Positions 28,846 to 39,583 of a DNA stretch of 64,000 bases are shown one piece after another. Below the pieces are notes generated by a model. It did not search any database, was not told the origin of the DNA, and worked only from the letters and a program-made list of their open reading frames with translations. The position numbers and the translations under genes are program-made. Location: positions 512,001-576,000 of the forward strand of contig JBGPIA010000001.1 of assembly GCA_041484665.1 (NCBI GenBank), given 5' to 3'. Each line of letters starts with the position of its first letter. Positions within the stretch are counted from its first letter, which is position 1. Origin of the DNA: Candidatus Krumholzibacteriia bacterium. GTDB lineage: Bacteria > Krumholzibacteriota > Krumholzibacteriia > JAJRXK01.

Positions 28846-29904
28846 TCACCCGGTCGCGGGTTGCTGCTCCCACGCGGCCAGCTCGTGACGCACCAGTCCG
28901 GCCAGCGCCTCGATCCACGCTGGATGGTCGTTGAGGCATGGCACGAGCCGGAGCCTTCCGCCGCCGGCCTCCTGGAAGCGGCGCGCGGAGATTTCGCCGA
29001 TCTCGTCGATCGTCTCGAGACAGTCAGCGACGAAGCCGGGACACACGGCGTACACGGTGCCGACGCCCATCCGACCCAGCTCCATCAAGACCTCGTCGGT
29101 GTACGGCCGCAGCCAGGGCTCGGGGCCGAAGCGGCTCTGGTAGCAGAGGTGCCAGCGGTCCGCGCGCAGCCCGAGCGCCGCCGCCAGGGCGCGCGCCGTC
29201 GCGGCGCATTGCAACGGGTACATGTCGCCCTTGCGCGCGTAGCGCTGGGGAATGCCGTGAAAGCTGAACACCCAGCGGTCGGGCCGGCCGTGCGTGGCTA
29301 CGACTTCGCGTGCGCGGGCCGCCAGCGCCCCGATGTAGAGCGGGTCGGCGCAGAACGCCGGCAACGCGCGCAGCTCGGGCACGCGTCGCGCCGACGACGC
29401 GCGCACGGCGCGCTCGGTGGCGCTGCCAGTCCGCCGCAGCCGCCCCAGCGCCACCTCCACCCCGTCGATCACGCTGGCCACGGTCGTCGCCGAGGACTGC
29501 GGGAACATCGGCGCTACGAGCACCCGTTGCGCCCCGCGCTCGATCAGTCGCTCGAGCGCCAACGCCAGGGACGGCTCGCCGTAGCGCATCCCCATCTCGA
29601 CCTGAAGCTGCGGACCAAGGCGCTCCTGCAGCAGATCAGCCTGCCGGCGCGTGTTCAGCAGGAGCGGTGAACCCTGCGGCGTCCAGACACGCCGGTACAG
29701 CGCAGCGGAACGTCTTGGGCGAAACGCGAGAATCGGTCCGTACAGGATCGGCAGCCACAGCCAGCGCGGCAGGTCGATCACGCGCCGGTCGGACAGGAAC
29801 TCACGCAGGTAGCGCCGAAGCGCCGCCGCTGTGGGCGCGTCGGGCGTGCCGAGCTGGGCGAGCAGGATGCCGGTTGTGCTTCCGCTGTTGCTCATGGAGG
29901 CCAT
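28846..29904 (-). CDS. hemH: Ferrochelatase
   Basis: LGTPDAP, YLREFLSD.RV, MRYG.P, SFHGIP, QSRFG..WL.P, GFVADCLET. Confidence 0.95.
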   Translation of the reverse strand: MASMSNSGSTTGILLAQLGTPDAPTAAALRRYLREFLSDRRVIDLPRWLWLPILYGPILAFRPRRSAALYRRVWTPQGSPLLLNTRRQADLLQERLGPQLQVEMGMRYGEPSLALALERLIERGAQRVLVAPMFPQSSATTVASVIDGVEVALGRLRRTGSATERAVRASSARRVPELRALPAFCADPLYIGALAARAREVVATHGRPDRWVFSFHGIPQRYARKGDMYPLQCAATARALAAALGLRADRWHLCYQSRFGPEPWLRPYTDEVLMELGRMGVGTVYAVCPGFVADCLETIDEIGEISARRFQEAGGGRLRLVPCLNDHPAWIEALAGLVRHELAAWEQQPATG

Positions 29905-29968
29905 CGCGCCCGCAGGCTAACGGAGCGCTCGTTGACGGGCTAGTCACTTTCGTCCCAAGGCCGCGGCG

Positions 29969-30403
29969 CTAGTCGCCCTCGTCCCCCGGCCGCCGCCGCA
30001 CCTTCTTCAACGCTGCGCGCCGGCGCTTCTGGTTGCGCCTGCGGGCGCGGCTGGCCGTCGACGGCGCGGTGGCCACGCGCGTCTTGCGTGGCCGCATCGC
30101 CATGGCCAGCAGGGCACGAAAGCGGCGCACGGCCTCCTCGCGGTTGGCCGCCTGGCTGCGCTGTGTCTGGCTGACCAGCCGCAGGACGCCTTCCGAATCG
30201 ATCCGCGTTCGCAGCGCCTCCATCACGCGCTGCCGCTGCGAATCGGTCAGAGACGGCGAGCGCGCGACGTCGAACAGCAGCTCGACGCGGGTGCTGGAGG
30301 TATTGACATGCTGGCCGCCGGGGCCGCCGCTGCGAGAGGTGCGGAAGCGCAGCTCGGCGGGGTGGATGCTGACGCGTGCGCTGATGACGATGGGATCGTC
30401 CAC
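29969..30403 (-). CDS. arfB: Alternative ribosome-rescue peptidyl-tRNA hydrolase ArfB
   Basis: SRSGGPGGQHVN, RSQAANR, basic C-terminal tail. Confidence 0.92.
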   Translation of the reverse strand: MDDPIVISARVSIHPAELRFRTSRSGGPGGQHVNTSSTRVELLFDVARSPSLTDSQRQRVMEALRTRIDSEGVLRLVSQTQRSQAANREEAVRRFRALLAMAMRPRKTRVATAPSTASRARRRNQKRRRAALKKVRRRPGDEGD

Positions 30404-30567
30404 GTGATGGCCTCCGCGGCCGGTGCCGGTGCGTGTGGGGTGTGCGGTCTCTGCCGCGCGCCCGACTCCGGCCGCGAAGGTTGCAGGTTGGGAGCGCCCG
30501 CTGCAAGAGGGCTCCCCCGGGTGATCTCAGCGCTCAGCGCCTCCCACCAAGGGGGTTCTGCTCCAGA

Positions 30568-30813
30568 CTAGGGCTGGCTCCAGTGACCGGGGACCCATTG
30601 ATAGCGGCCGCGGTGGTAGACGTAGTGCCCCTGCAACCACACGGCATAGGGATGCGGCTTGGGCGGTCGCACGACGACCACGGTCGTCTCGGTGGGTGGC
30701 GGAGGAGGCGTCGCGCTCGAGCAACCGGCCGCGGCCAACGCCGTGGCGGCGGCAGCCGCCAGGACGAAGACGCGGGCGGCGCGGACACAGGACGGCGTTG
30801 GCGGGTTCTTCAC
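30568..30813 (-). CDS. Small lipoprotein with YXWGXW-type repeats
   Basis: GGAGG RBS and GTG; lipobox AAGC; VWLQGHY..YQWVPGHW. Confidence 0.8.
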   Translation of the reverse strand: MKNPPTPSCVRAARVFVLAAAAATALAAAGCSSATPPPPPTETTVVVVRPPKPHPYAVWLQGHYVYHRGRYQWVPGHWSQP

Positions 30814-31176
30814 GGATGTCCCTCCTCGAAGATGCCTGCGCCTTTCTGAGGCAAGATGCCGGCCAGGCCCGCTCCACCCAGGCGGGGAAGGGCGCGCGCT
30901 GCCCCCAGGGGAGCCGTGCGGGAGGGTCGCGGTGCGTTGCGGCCCGGCGGAAGCCGGCGGGTCGGTGCGGCGTCCGGCCTGGCCCCACGCGGAATGCGTT
31001 CGGCGGTAGCTTCTGTGTGTACCAATGGGTACACTCGCCCGCGGCTGAAGCGCCAGACCCGCAGCGCCCCCAGCGTTGCAGGGTTCTACCCCATGCCGTA
31101 GCCTACGGCCGCCCTCTGACAGGGCGCCCCCGGCCGACAACCTTTAGAACCTGTTGAACACCGAGGATGGCAATCG

Positions 31177-31992
31177 ATGCAGCGGAACCGCTTCCTGATC
31201 GCGTTTGCGTGGATTCCGGGCGCAGCCCTAGCAGCAGTCGCAGTGGCGCAGGCCCAGACCCAGGCCTCGACTGTGACCCGCTCCTCCGGCCCGACCCGCA
31301 CGGCCATGGACGAAGTGCGGCCCTTCTACTCGTGGGTGGAGGACGCCACGCTGGCCGACGGGCTGCGCATGGAGCCCGTGATGACGTGGGGCGACTTCGG
31401 CCACGGCAATGAGTTCACCCTCGGCCTGCAGGCCGGCGGCGAGGTCGTCACGGGTCTGGAGGTCGGCGGCGATCTCCATTTCATCTCCCTGGACCCTGAC
31501 GTGGGCGACGGCGAGACGGGCGTGAGCGACCTGGGTCTGTACGGTCGCTATTCGGTCTACGACCAGGAATTTCGCATCTTCCTGGGCGGTGGGCTGGACC
31601 TGCCGATCGGTAGCGAGAAGGTCGGAGCGAGCACTTTCGACTTCAAAATCTTCGGCGCCGGCCGCTACACCCTGCAGAACGACATGGTGATCTTCACCAA
31701 CATCGGCATCGAGAGCCTGGAGATCCCAAGCGCACCTGCCAACACCGATAGCCGCGAGAATGGTCTGCTGCTGGGCGGTGGCGTGCTGTGGCCCGCGACG
31801 ACGGAGCTGGGCATCATCGGCGAGCTCGATATTCGGGCCAACAACTACGCCATCTTCGGCGGCGGGGTGGACTACACGCTGCTGGGTGGCGGGCATCTGC
31901 GCGCCGGCATCGGCCTGGGCCTGGACGACCGTGCCCCGGACCTGCAGCTCAACCTGAGCTTCGCCACGTTACTGGGCGGCAGCGGGCGCTAG
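31177..31992 (+). CDS. Secreted hypothetical protein, probable outer-membrane beta-barrel
   Basis: Signal peptide (AQA), amphipathic Gly/aromatic strands, typical codon bias. Confidence 0.7.
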   Translation: MQRNRFLIAFAWIPGAALAAVAVAQAQTQASTVTRSSGPTRTAMDEVRPFYSWVEDATLADGLRMEPVMTWGDFGHGNEFTLGLQAGGEVVTGLEVGGDLHFISLDPDVGDGETGVSDLGLYGRYSVYDQEFRIFLGGGLDLPIGSEKVGASTFDFKIFGAGRYTLQNDMVIFTNIGIESLEIPSAPANTDSRENGLLLGGGVLWPATTELGIIGELDIRANNYAIFGGGVDYTLLGGGHLRAGIGLGLDDRAPDLQLNLSFATLLGGSGR

Positions 31993-32158
31993 CCGGGTAC
32001 CGCAACAGACGCGCGGCGTGGGGCGCGCGGCGTGGGACGCCCGCCGAGCGCGCTCGGCGGGCGGAACTGAGCGCGGGCGGCCAGCAAAGGCGGACGGCCC
32101 CAGCGACGGCGACACCGGAGACACCGGCGCTGTGCCGCGCAGCTTTGGAGGAAAGGAC

Positions 32159-33790
32159 ATGAGCAACGGCACCTTCCACGCGCCCACTCCGCGCAACGAG
32201 CCGGTGCGCTCCTACGCCCCCGGTAGCCTTGAGCGCATTGGCCTCAAGCGGCAGCTCGCATCGATGCTGGGGGAACAGATCGAGATCCCGCTGCGCATCG
32301 GTGGCAAGGACGTACGCACCGGAGACCTGGGCGACTGCCGCTGTCCCCACGACCACGCCGAGCTGCTGGGCCGATTCCACAAGGCCGGCGCCGCGCAGGT
32401 GCAACAGGCCGTCGACGCCGCCCGCGCGGCGCATGGCAGCTGGAGCGAGCTGCCGTGGGAGGCCCGGGCGTCGATCTTCCTGAGGGCCGCCGACCTGTTG
32501 GCGGGCCCCCACCGCGACGTATTGAACGCGGCCACCATGCTCGGGCAGAGCAAGAACGTGCTACAAGCCGAGATCGACAGCGCCTGCGAGCTGATCGACT
32601 TCTGGCGCTTCAACGTCGGCTACATGGAGCAGCTCTACGGGCAGCAGCCGCAGTCATCGCCGGGCGTGTGGAACTACCTGGATCACCGCCCGCTGGAGGG
32701 CTTCGTCTTTGCGGTGACGCCGTTCAATTTCACCTCCATCGCGGGCAACCTCCCCACCGCGCCCGCGCTGCTGGGCAACACCGTGCTGTGGAAGCCAGCC
32801 AGCAGCGCCGTGTACAGCGCCCACTACATCCTGCGCGTGCTCGAGGAGGCCGGCCTGCCGCCCGGCGTGATCAACCTGATCCCGGGCAGCGGCGCTGCGG
32901 TCGGCGATCCCGTGCTGGACAGCCCGGAGCTCGCCGGCATCCACTTCACGGGAAGCACCGCGACCTTCCAGGCCATGTGGCGGCGCGTCGGCGGCAACAT
33001 CGAGCGCTACCGGTCCTACCCGCGCATCGTGGGTGAGACGGGCGGCAAGGATTTCGTCTTCGCCCACCGCAGCGCCCACGTGCCGTCGTTGGTGACCGCG
33101 CTGGTGCGGGGGGCCTTCGAGTACCAGGGGCAGAAGTGCTCGGCGGCCAGCCGCGCCTACATTCCGGCCAGCCTGTGGGACGAAACCAACGAAGCGCTGA
33201 TGCAGGCGGTGGCCCAGATCCGCATGGGGCCGCCCACCGACTTCCGCAACTTCATGTGCGCGGTGATCGACAAGTCCGCCTACGAGTCCATCATGGGCTA
33301 TGTGCAGCACGCCAAGCACAGCAAGGATGCCAAGATCCTGTGCGGTGGCGAAGGCGACCCATCGCGCGGCTGGTTCATCCAACCTACGGTCGTGCAGGCC
33401 CACAAGCCCGATTTCAAGCTGCTGTGCGAGGAGATCTTCGGGCCCGTGCTGACCCTGTACCGCTACGACGACAGCAAGCTGGAGGAAACGCTGGGCCAGT
33501 GCGATACCGCCTCCCCCTACGCCCTCACCGGCGCCGTCTTCGCGCAGGATCGTGAGGCGATCGTGCGGATGGGCGCTCGGCTGCGCTACGCGGCGGGCAA
33601 TTTCTACATCAATGACAAGCCCACCGGCGCGCTGGTGGGCCAGCAACCGTTCGGAGGGGCCAGGGCGAGCGGCACCAACGACAAGGCTGGGAGCATCCTC
33701 AACCTGCTGCGCTGGACGAGCCCGCGGGCGATCAAGGAGACGTTCGTCCCGCCCGCGGACTTCCGGTATCCGCACATGGCGGAGGAGTAG
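32159..33790 (+). CDS. pruA: 1-pyrroline-5-carboxylate (glutamate gamma-semialdehyde) dehydrogenase
   Basis: NEPV..YAPGS, EIDSACELIDF, PFNF, ETGGKD, EYQGQKCSA, EEIFGP, QQPFGGARASGTNDK. Confidence 0.95.
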   Translation: MSNGTFHAPTPRNEPVRSYAPGSLERIGLKRQLASMLGEQIEIPLRIGGKDVRTGDLGDCRCPHDHAELLGRFHKAGAAQVQQAVDAARAAHGSWSELPWEARASIFLRAADLLAGPHRDVLNAATMLGQSKNVLQAEIDSACELIDFWRFNVGYMEQLYGQQPQSSPGVWNYLDHRPLEGFVFAVTPFNFTSIAGNLPTAPALLGNTVLWKPASSAVYSAHYILRVLEEAGLPPGVINLIPGSGAAVGDPVLDSPELAGIHFTGSTATFQAMWRRVGGNIERYRSYPRIVGETGGKDFVFAHRSAHVPSLVTALVRGAFEYQGQKCSAASRAYIPASLWDETNEALMQAVAQIRMGPPTDFRNFMCAVIDKSAYESIMGYVQHAKHSKDAKILCGGEGDPSRGWFIQPTVVQAHKPDFKLLCEEIFGPVLTLYRYDDSKLEETLGQCDTASPYALTGAVFAQDREAIVRMGARLRYAAGNFYINDKPTGALVGQQPFGGARASGTNDKAGSILNLLRWTSPRAIKETFVPPADFRYPHMAEE

Positions 33791-33793
33791 ATC

Positions 33794-34228
33794 TCAGTCG
33801 AACGCTCCGTGAAGTGAGACGGCGGCCGCGACCAGCAGCAGGGCGCCGGCCGTCAGGAGCCCGAAGGTGAGCGGCAGGGCCGCCCGCAGCAACGACGCGG
33901 TCTTGGTCTCGTAGGGCACGTAGCACACCGCCACGATCTCGTTGCGGGCGATCTCCATCCGGCGCGGCTCCGATCGCTTCACCTCGCCGCCGACACCCTG
34001 CAGCTCCCATCCGGTCCCGCAGAGCGACAGGGGACTGGCGTCGCGCACCTTCAGCTGCACGTACCGCCCACCGGCCAACGTGACGACGATCGTGTCGTCC
34101 TCGCCCACCCAGCGCAGTCTCTCCTGCGCCTGTGTTGCGGAGCAGGCCGAGAGCACCTCCACCGCTGGCGGCCGCGTGGCGCAGCCGCTTGTCATGAGCG
34201 CAAGCAGCACCCAGGTTGAGGGGGTCAA
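33794..34228 (-). CDS. Hypothetical lipoprotein with C-terminal hydrophobic helix
   Basis: LLALMTSGC lipobox-like; follows the NHL genes on the same strand. Confidence 0.55.
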   Translation of the reverse strand: MTPSTWVLLALMTSGCATRPPAVEVLSACSATQAQERLRWVGEDDTIVVTLAGGRYVQLKVRDASPLSLCGTGWELQGVGGEVKRSEPRRMEIARNEIVAVCYVPYETKTASLLRAALPLTFGLLTAGALLLVAAAVSLHGAFD

Positions 34229-34291
34229 CCGGACCAGCTGGCCTCGCCCGCCTCTGGGGATTCCGCCGCACCACTGCGCAGCTCTGGTGAT

Positions 34292-35557
34292 TCAGGACAC
34301 CACCTTCACCCTGCGCACCACATGGTTCCCCGTGTCAGCGATGTAGAGCACGTTGTTCGCGTCCACGTAGATCCCGGCCGGCGCGTTGAGCTGCGCGGCC
34401 GTTGCGAGGCCACCGTCACCGGCGAAGCCAGCGGAGCCAGTGCCGGCCACGGTGTCGATCGTCCCCAGCGGACTGACCCGGCGCACCACGTTGTTGGCCG
34501 TGTCCGCGATGTAGATCGAGTCGTCGGGCCCGATGACGGCGTCGCTGGGCAGGTTCAGGCTCGCGCTGATCGCGGCTCCGCCGTCGCCCGCGTAGGCCGC
34601 CGTGCCGTTGCCGGCGATCGGGCTGATCTCCCCCGTGCTGAGGTTGATCAGACGCACGCGATGGTTGCCGGCGTCGGCGATGACCAGGCGAGCGTAGGCA
34701 TGCGCTGGTGCGGCGCGCGGCGGGGCGCTCGGCTTGCCCCCTGCCGCGTTCGTGGGCGCCGCCGCTTCGGTCTCTGGAAACGTAATGGAGATCTTCGGAG
34801 TGCGTCCGGCAGGGAAGTTGAGCTGCGCCGACTGCGCCGACCCCCCATCGCCGCCGTAACCCTCCCCTCCGATGCCCGCATAGGTCGTGATGATCCCTAA
34901 GGGATCCACGCAGCGGATGCGATCATTGCCGGTGTCCACGATGTACAGGATGCCCAGGTTGTCGTACGCCGCGGAGGTGGGATGGTCGAGCTGCGCCTGC
35001 GGCTGACCGCCCACGGCCGGCCCGCCGTCTCCGGCGAATCCGGCGGTTCCGGACCCGGCGATGGTCTCCACGTTGCCGTCGGTATTCAGCCGGAGGACGC
35101 GGTGGTTGTTCTGCGCCGCGATCACCAGCCGACCCGACAGATCCCAGCCGACGCCCGTCGGATCGTTGATGTCGCACTGCAGCGCCGGGCCCGCCGTCGC
35201 GTTGCCCGCCGTTCCGCTGCCGACGCTCGTCTGGATGGAATTGGAGGTCAGGTTGCAGCTGCGCACGCGGTGGTTCAGGGCATCGATGACCACTAGCTCT
35301 CCCGCGGGCCCGAGCTCCGCGTCCTGGGGAGCGTTCAGGTGCGCCGCGGTCAGCGCGAGCGCGTCGCCGTTGAAGCCGGAAGTGCCGGGGACGCCGACGA
35401 TCGTCGTGATGATCCCGTTGTCGTTCGGCGGAGGGGTCGTAGACGGACCGCTGCTGTCGCTGCAACCGGCGCTGGCGATGCAGAGGACGGCCAGCAACGC
35501 TGGGGCGATCTGCGTGGCGGTCGAGAGCTTCATCTGTGCGGCGTCCGCTCGCAGCAT
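34292..35557 (-). CDS. NHL-repeat (teneurin-like) lipoprotein 4
   Basis: SAGC lipobox; repeats T.AG.G.AG..GDGG.A..A.L..P...YIADT.N..VR. Confidence 0.88.
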   Translation of the reverse strand: MLRADAAQMKLSTATQIAPALLAVLCIASAGCSDSSGPSTTPPPNDNGIITTIVGVPGTSGFNGDALALTAAHLNAPQDAELGPAGELVVIDALNHRVRSCNLTSNSIQTSVGSGTAGNATAGPALQCDINDPTGVGWDLSGRLVIAAQNNHRVLRLNTDGNVETIAGSGTAGFAGDGGPAVGGQPQAQLDHPTSAAYDNLGILYIVDTGNDRIRCVDPLGIITTYAGIGGEGYGGDGGSAQSAQLNFPAGRTPKISITFPETEAAAPTNAAGGKPSAPPRAAPAHAYARLVIADAGNHRVRLINLSTGEISPIAGNGTAAYAGDGGAAISASLNLPSDAVIGPDDSIYIADTANNVVRRVSPLGTIDTVAGTGSAGFAGDGGLATAAQLNAPAGIYVDANNVLYIADTGNHVVRRVKVVS

Positions 35558-35645
35558 GGGCTGGACCTCGCGATCGTGGGGGTTGGTGGCCTGTGGATCC
35601 TCGACGTCGTGGTGCGCGCGGTGACGCGGGAGGGCATCGGCCTCC

Positions 35646-36848
35646 TCAGTGGGCGATCCTGCGCACGCGGGAGCTCTGCATGTCCGCGACCCACAGGTCA
35701 CCCGCCGCATCGAAACCGAGAGCCGCGGGCTGGTTGAAGCCGGCGCTCAGAGCGTCGACTTGTTCGCCTGCGTAACCGCGGACCCCTGTGCCGGCGAAGG
35801 TCGTGATCACCCCACCCGCGGATACCCTGCGGATCCGCTGATTGCCGGTGTCGGCGATATACAGCGCTCCGTCGGGCCCGATCACTGCGTCGTAGGGCAG
35901 GGTCAGCCGCGCCTGAGCGGCCGGGCCCCCATCGCCCGAGAATCCCTGCTCGCCCGTCCCGGCGACGGTCGTAATGATGCCGTTGGCGTCGATGCGCCGC
36001 ACCGCGTGATTCTCGGTGTCGCAGACGTAGAGGCTGCCGGTGGGCGCATGGTAGCGCACGCGGTAGGGGTGACGCAGCTGCGCCTGGGCGGCCGGTCCGC
36101 CATCGCCGGCATAGCCGGGCGCACCGTTGCCGCAGAGCGTGGTGATGATCCCCGCGGCGTCGATCGCGCGCACGCAGCTGCGCGCGTTGTCGACGACGAA
36201 GACGTTTGTCCCGCCCGGGTCGACGGCCACGCCGGTGGGTGCATCGAGCTCGGCCTGGGTCGCCGGGCCTCCGTCCCCGCTGTATCCGACGGTCGCGCTG
36301 CCTGCGAAGATGTGTACCAGCTGCCCGCTGTCCACCTTCAGCACCTGCGGCTGGTGATTGCCTGCGATGTAGAGGTTCCCTGCAGCGTCGTATGCGAAGG
36401 AGAACGCGTGGTGCAAGGTCGTTTGCAGCGCAGGAGCGCCCTCCACCACCGGTCCCTCGTTCCCATTGCCCATGATCGTGCGCAGGCGGCCATCGACGTC
36501 GAGGCGGCGGATCCGCTGGTTGTTCCAGTCCAGCACCAGCAGCCTTTGCTGCGCGTCGAAGGTCAGGTCGATGGGATAGTAGAGCGCCTCCTGCAGCGCC
36601 GGCGCGCCCTCACCGTTGAACGCCCGCTCACCCGTGCCGACCACCGTGCAGATCGTGCCCGAATCGCTGCAGGCTCGCTGCGGCTGGCTCTCGACGAGCG
36701 CTCCGAGGTCCGAGCATGCGCCAAGCAGGATTGCGATCGAGAAGGCGGCCGCCGCGGGGGCGGCCGCCCAGAATCCGGCGATCCAGGGCGTCCCGCGCAC
36801 TGCCCCCCGCGGGGCGACGCAGCAGCTCCCTGAAGCACCTTGGATCAT
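35646..36848 (-). CDS. NHL-repeat lipoprotein 3
   Basis: LGAC lipobox; GDGGPA repeats; LDWNNQRIR. Confidence 0.88.
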   Translation of the reverse strand: MIQGASGSCCVAPRGAVRGTPWIAGFWAAAPAAAAFSIAILLGACSDLGALVESQPQRACSDSGTICTVVGTGERAFNGEGAPALQEALYYPIDLTFDAQQRLLVLDWNNQRIRRLDVDGRLRTIMGNGNEGPVVEGAPALQTTLHHAFSFAYDAAGNLYIAGNHQPQVLKVDSGQLVHIFAGSATVGYSGDGGPATQAELDAPTGVAVDPGGTNVFVVDNARSCVRAIDAAGIITTLCGNGAPGYAGDGGPAAQAQLRHPYRVRYHAPTGSLYVCDTENHAVRRIDANGIITTVAGTGEQGFSGDGGPAAQARLTLPYDAVIGPDGALYIADTGNQRIRRVSAGGVITTFAGTGVRGYAGEQVDALSAGFNQPAALGFDAAGDLWVADMQSSRVRRIAH

Positions 36849-38296
36849 CGATGCACGACCCGGATGCGGTGGTTCTGGGTGTCGGCGATGTACAGATTGC
36901 CGTGCGCATCGAAGGTGATGCCGGCCGGCCGGTTCAGCATGGCGGCCGTCGGGGGGCCGCCATCGCCGCCGTAGCCGCGCCCCTTGCCCTGTCCAGCGAC
37001 CGTCGTGATGATGCCGCTCTGGTCGACCTTGCGGATGCAGTCGTTCCAGGTGTCGGCGATGTAGAGCTCACCTTCGGGGCTGAACGCGATGTCTGCCGGC
37101 CAGAACAGGTGAGCGGCGGTGGCAGGGCCGCCGTCCCCGTCGAATTCCCCGGCGCCCCCACGCCCGGCGACCGTGGTGATGATCCCATTCTGGTCGACCA
37201 TGCGCACCCGCTGGTTCGCGCTGTCGGCGATGTACAGGTTGTTGTCCGGCCCGATCGCCAGGCGCGACTGGGGCTCGGCGGCCTGGCCGCCCTGCGCGTA
37301 GATCTGGGCCTGCGTGGCGGGTCCGCCGTCACCCGCGAAGCCGGCAATCCCGGTCCCGACGACCGTGGTGATGGTGCCATCCAGCTCGATGCGGCGGACG
37401 CGCTGGTTCTCCTGATCGGAGATGTACATGCGCCCCTGGTTGTCCCAGGCCGTCGAGCTGGGCAGGTTCACCGAGGCCCCCGCGGCGAGCCCGCCGTCTC
37501 CGGCGTAGGTGCGGCGTCCATCGCCACAGAAGTTGTCGATCTTCCCGGTGGCGAGATCCATGCGCATGATCTTCGAGTTGTGCCAGGCGGACAGGATCAG
37601 GCGGCCCTGCGGATCGAACGAGATGTGCGTGGGGTGGTTGAGCTTGATCTCCTTGGCATTCCAGGGCGGGGACGGGATCGGGTCGCCGCCGGGCGAGCCA
37701 TCGCCGAGCTCGCCTGTGCCGATGATCGTGCGCAGCCCGCCCTTGTCCAGCACGCGCACACGGTGGTTGTTCCAGTCCAGGATGTAGGGGATGCCGTCGT
37801 CCGGTCCGAAGGTCAGGTCCTTCGGCCAGTAGAACTTGGCCTCGAACGGGCCGACTCCGTCCTCGCCCATCGCGGCCTCGCCCGCGCCGGCGTAGGTCGC
37901 GATGAAGCTCGGCAGCGTGCTCCCCGCCATCCCCGCGTACAGGCGCGACTCGCCGCCGGCGTTGAACGCCCTCACGTGGTAGGTGTACGTGGTGGCGGCT
38001 GCGGCGCTCGCGTCGGTGTAGGTCGTGACGTTGGCAGCGACCTCCCCCAGCTTGGTTGCCGCCTGCGGCTGCCCATAAGGCTCGCGCCAGATCCGGAAGC
38101 CGTCCTCGTCGGACGCGTTGTCGGTCCAGCTGATCTGGATGCTGGCGTCCGACAGCCGGCTGGTTTGCATGAGGCTGGGCGACTCGGGCACTGCCGGCAG
38201 CTGGGGAGCCTCGGAGTCGTTGCTGCACGCGGCGATGCCCAGGAGCAGGAACATGGCCAGCGCTGGTCCCAGTGACAGGCGCGTCATCGTGTTCAT
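36845..38296 (-). CDS. FN3 plus NHL-repeat lipoprotein 2
   Basis: IAAC lipobox; FN3 (SWTDNASDEDGFRI..YTYHVRAFN); LDWNNHRVR, AWHNSK. Confidence 0.88.
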   Translation of the reverse strand: MNTMTRLSLGPALAMFLLLGIAACSNDSEAPQLPAVPESPSLMQTSRLSDASIQISWTDNASDEDGFRIWREPYGQPQAATKLGEVAANVTTYTDASAAAATTYTYHVRAFNAGGESRLYAGMAGSTLPSFIATYAGAGEAAMGEDGVGPFEAKFYWPKDLTFGPDDGIPYILDWNNHRVRVLDKGGLRTIIGTGELGDGSPGGDPIPSPPWNAKEIKLNHPTHISFDPQGRLILSAWHNSKIMRMDLATGKIDNFCGDGRRTYAGDGGLAAGASVNLPSSTAWDNQGRMYISDQENQRVRRIELDGTITTVVGTGIAGFAGDGGPATQAQIYAQGGQAAEPQSRLAIGPDNNLYIADSANQRVRMVDQNGIITTVAGRGGAGEFDGDGGPATAAHLFWPADIAFSPEGELYIADTWNDCIRKVDQSGIITTVAGQGKGRGYGGDGGPPTAAMLNRPAGITFDAHGNLYIADTQNHRIRVVHR

Positions 38297-38332
38297 CTCT
38301 CTCCCTGATTCACGGAGCCGGTCGAACTCCTG

Positions 38333-39583
38333 TTAGAGGTTCACCCGCCGGAAGCGGTGGTTGTAGGTGTCGGCGATGTAGAGATGGCCCTGGCCGTCGA
38401 TTTCCAGGCCGGCCGGCTGGTCCAGCGACGCCTGCGTCGCGGGGCCTCCATCGCCTTCCCCGCCGGGCTGCCCGTTGCCTGCCACCGTATTGATGATCCC
38501 GGTCGCGATGTCCACGACGCGCACGCGATGATTGAGCTCGTCGGCGATGTAGAGCTTGTCCTGGTAGACGACCAGATCGCGCGGGTGGTGGAGCGTCGCC
38601 GAAGTCGCCGCGATCGCGTCACCGGTGTAGAGCGAGTCACCGGTGCCGGCAAACGTCTCGATGCGATTCAGCGCGAAGTCCACGCGGCGGATCCGGTTGT
38701 TGAGCGTGTCCGAGATGTACAGGCGCCCTTGCGCGTCGAACGCGAGGGCCCCGCCCGGCGGCGGGTTGGTCCCGTAGGGCATATTGAGCTCCGCCTGCGC
38801 GGGCGGCCCACCGTCGCCCTGGAACCCGCGTGTGCCGTTTCCGACCACGGTCGAGATCGTGTTGTCGGTGGCGATCTTGCGCACGCGCTGATTACGCATG
38901 TCCAAAACGTAGAGCGCGTTGCCCGGGCCCACGATGGTCTGGGTCGGCTGGTTGAGCAACGCAGAGCTGGCGGGCCCGCCGTCTCCCCTGAATCCGACCC
39001 CATCCCCGCACGCGATCGACACGAGCCCCGTGGCCGGATCGTAATGGCGCAGCTTGTGGTTGTGCCACGCCGTCAGCATCAGCGTGCCATCGGGCAGCGG
39101 GCAGAGGTGGGTCGGATGATTGAGATTCACCTGCGTCCCCGGCCAGCCCGGCAAGGTGAACTCTGCTCGGTCGTTGGGCGGCTCCGGCCCGTCGCCGAGG
39201 ATGTCCGTGCCGATCACCGTCTGCAACGTGCCCTGCGGCGTGAGATGCCGCACGCGGTGGTTGTTCCAGTCGAGGAAGTACCACTCACCGGACGGCGTGT
39301 ACGTCAGGTCGATCGGCCAGTAGAACTTCGACTGCAAGAGCGTGTGGCCGTCGCCGTCGTACGCAGCTTCTCCGGTGCCCGCGAACGTGCAGATCGTAGC
39401 GGGCGTGTCGCTGCAGGTCACGGCCGGAGGGTTGGGCGTGCCGGTCGTGCTGTCCGAGCAGCCCGCCAGGACGCCCCCCAACAACCCCGCGCCCACCAGC
39501 AGAGCTGCGGCTTGCAGAGTGTGGGGAGCTGCGGGGTGCAACCCATAAAGGCGCGGCCGCAGCCGCGAGGATCCGCGATGCAT
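38333..39583 (-). CDS. NHL-repeat lipoprotein 1
   Basis: LAGC lipobox; GGAGG RBS; LDWNNHRVR, NHPTH, AWHNHK. Confidence 0.88.
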   Translation of the reverse strand: MHRGSSRLRPRLYGLHPAAPHTLQAAALLVGAGLLGGVLAGCSDSTTGTPNPPAVTCSDTPATICTFAGTGEAAYDGDGHTLLQSKFYWPIDLTYTPSGEWYFLDWNNHRVRHLTPQGTLQTVIGTDILGDGPEPPNDRAEFTLPGWPGTQVNLNHPTHLCPLPDGTLMLTAWHNHKLRHYDPATGLVSIACGDGVGFRGDGGPASSALLNQPTQTIVGPGNALYVLDMRNQRVRKIATDNTISTVVGNGTRGFQGDGGPPAQAELNMPYGTNPPPGGALAFDAQGRLYISDTLNNRIRRVDFALNRIETFAGTGDSLYTGDAIAATSATLHHPRDLVVYQDKLYIADELNHRVRVVDIATGIINTVAGNGQPGGEGDGGPATQASLDQPAGLEIDGQGHLYIADTYNHRFRRVNL

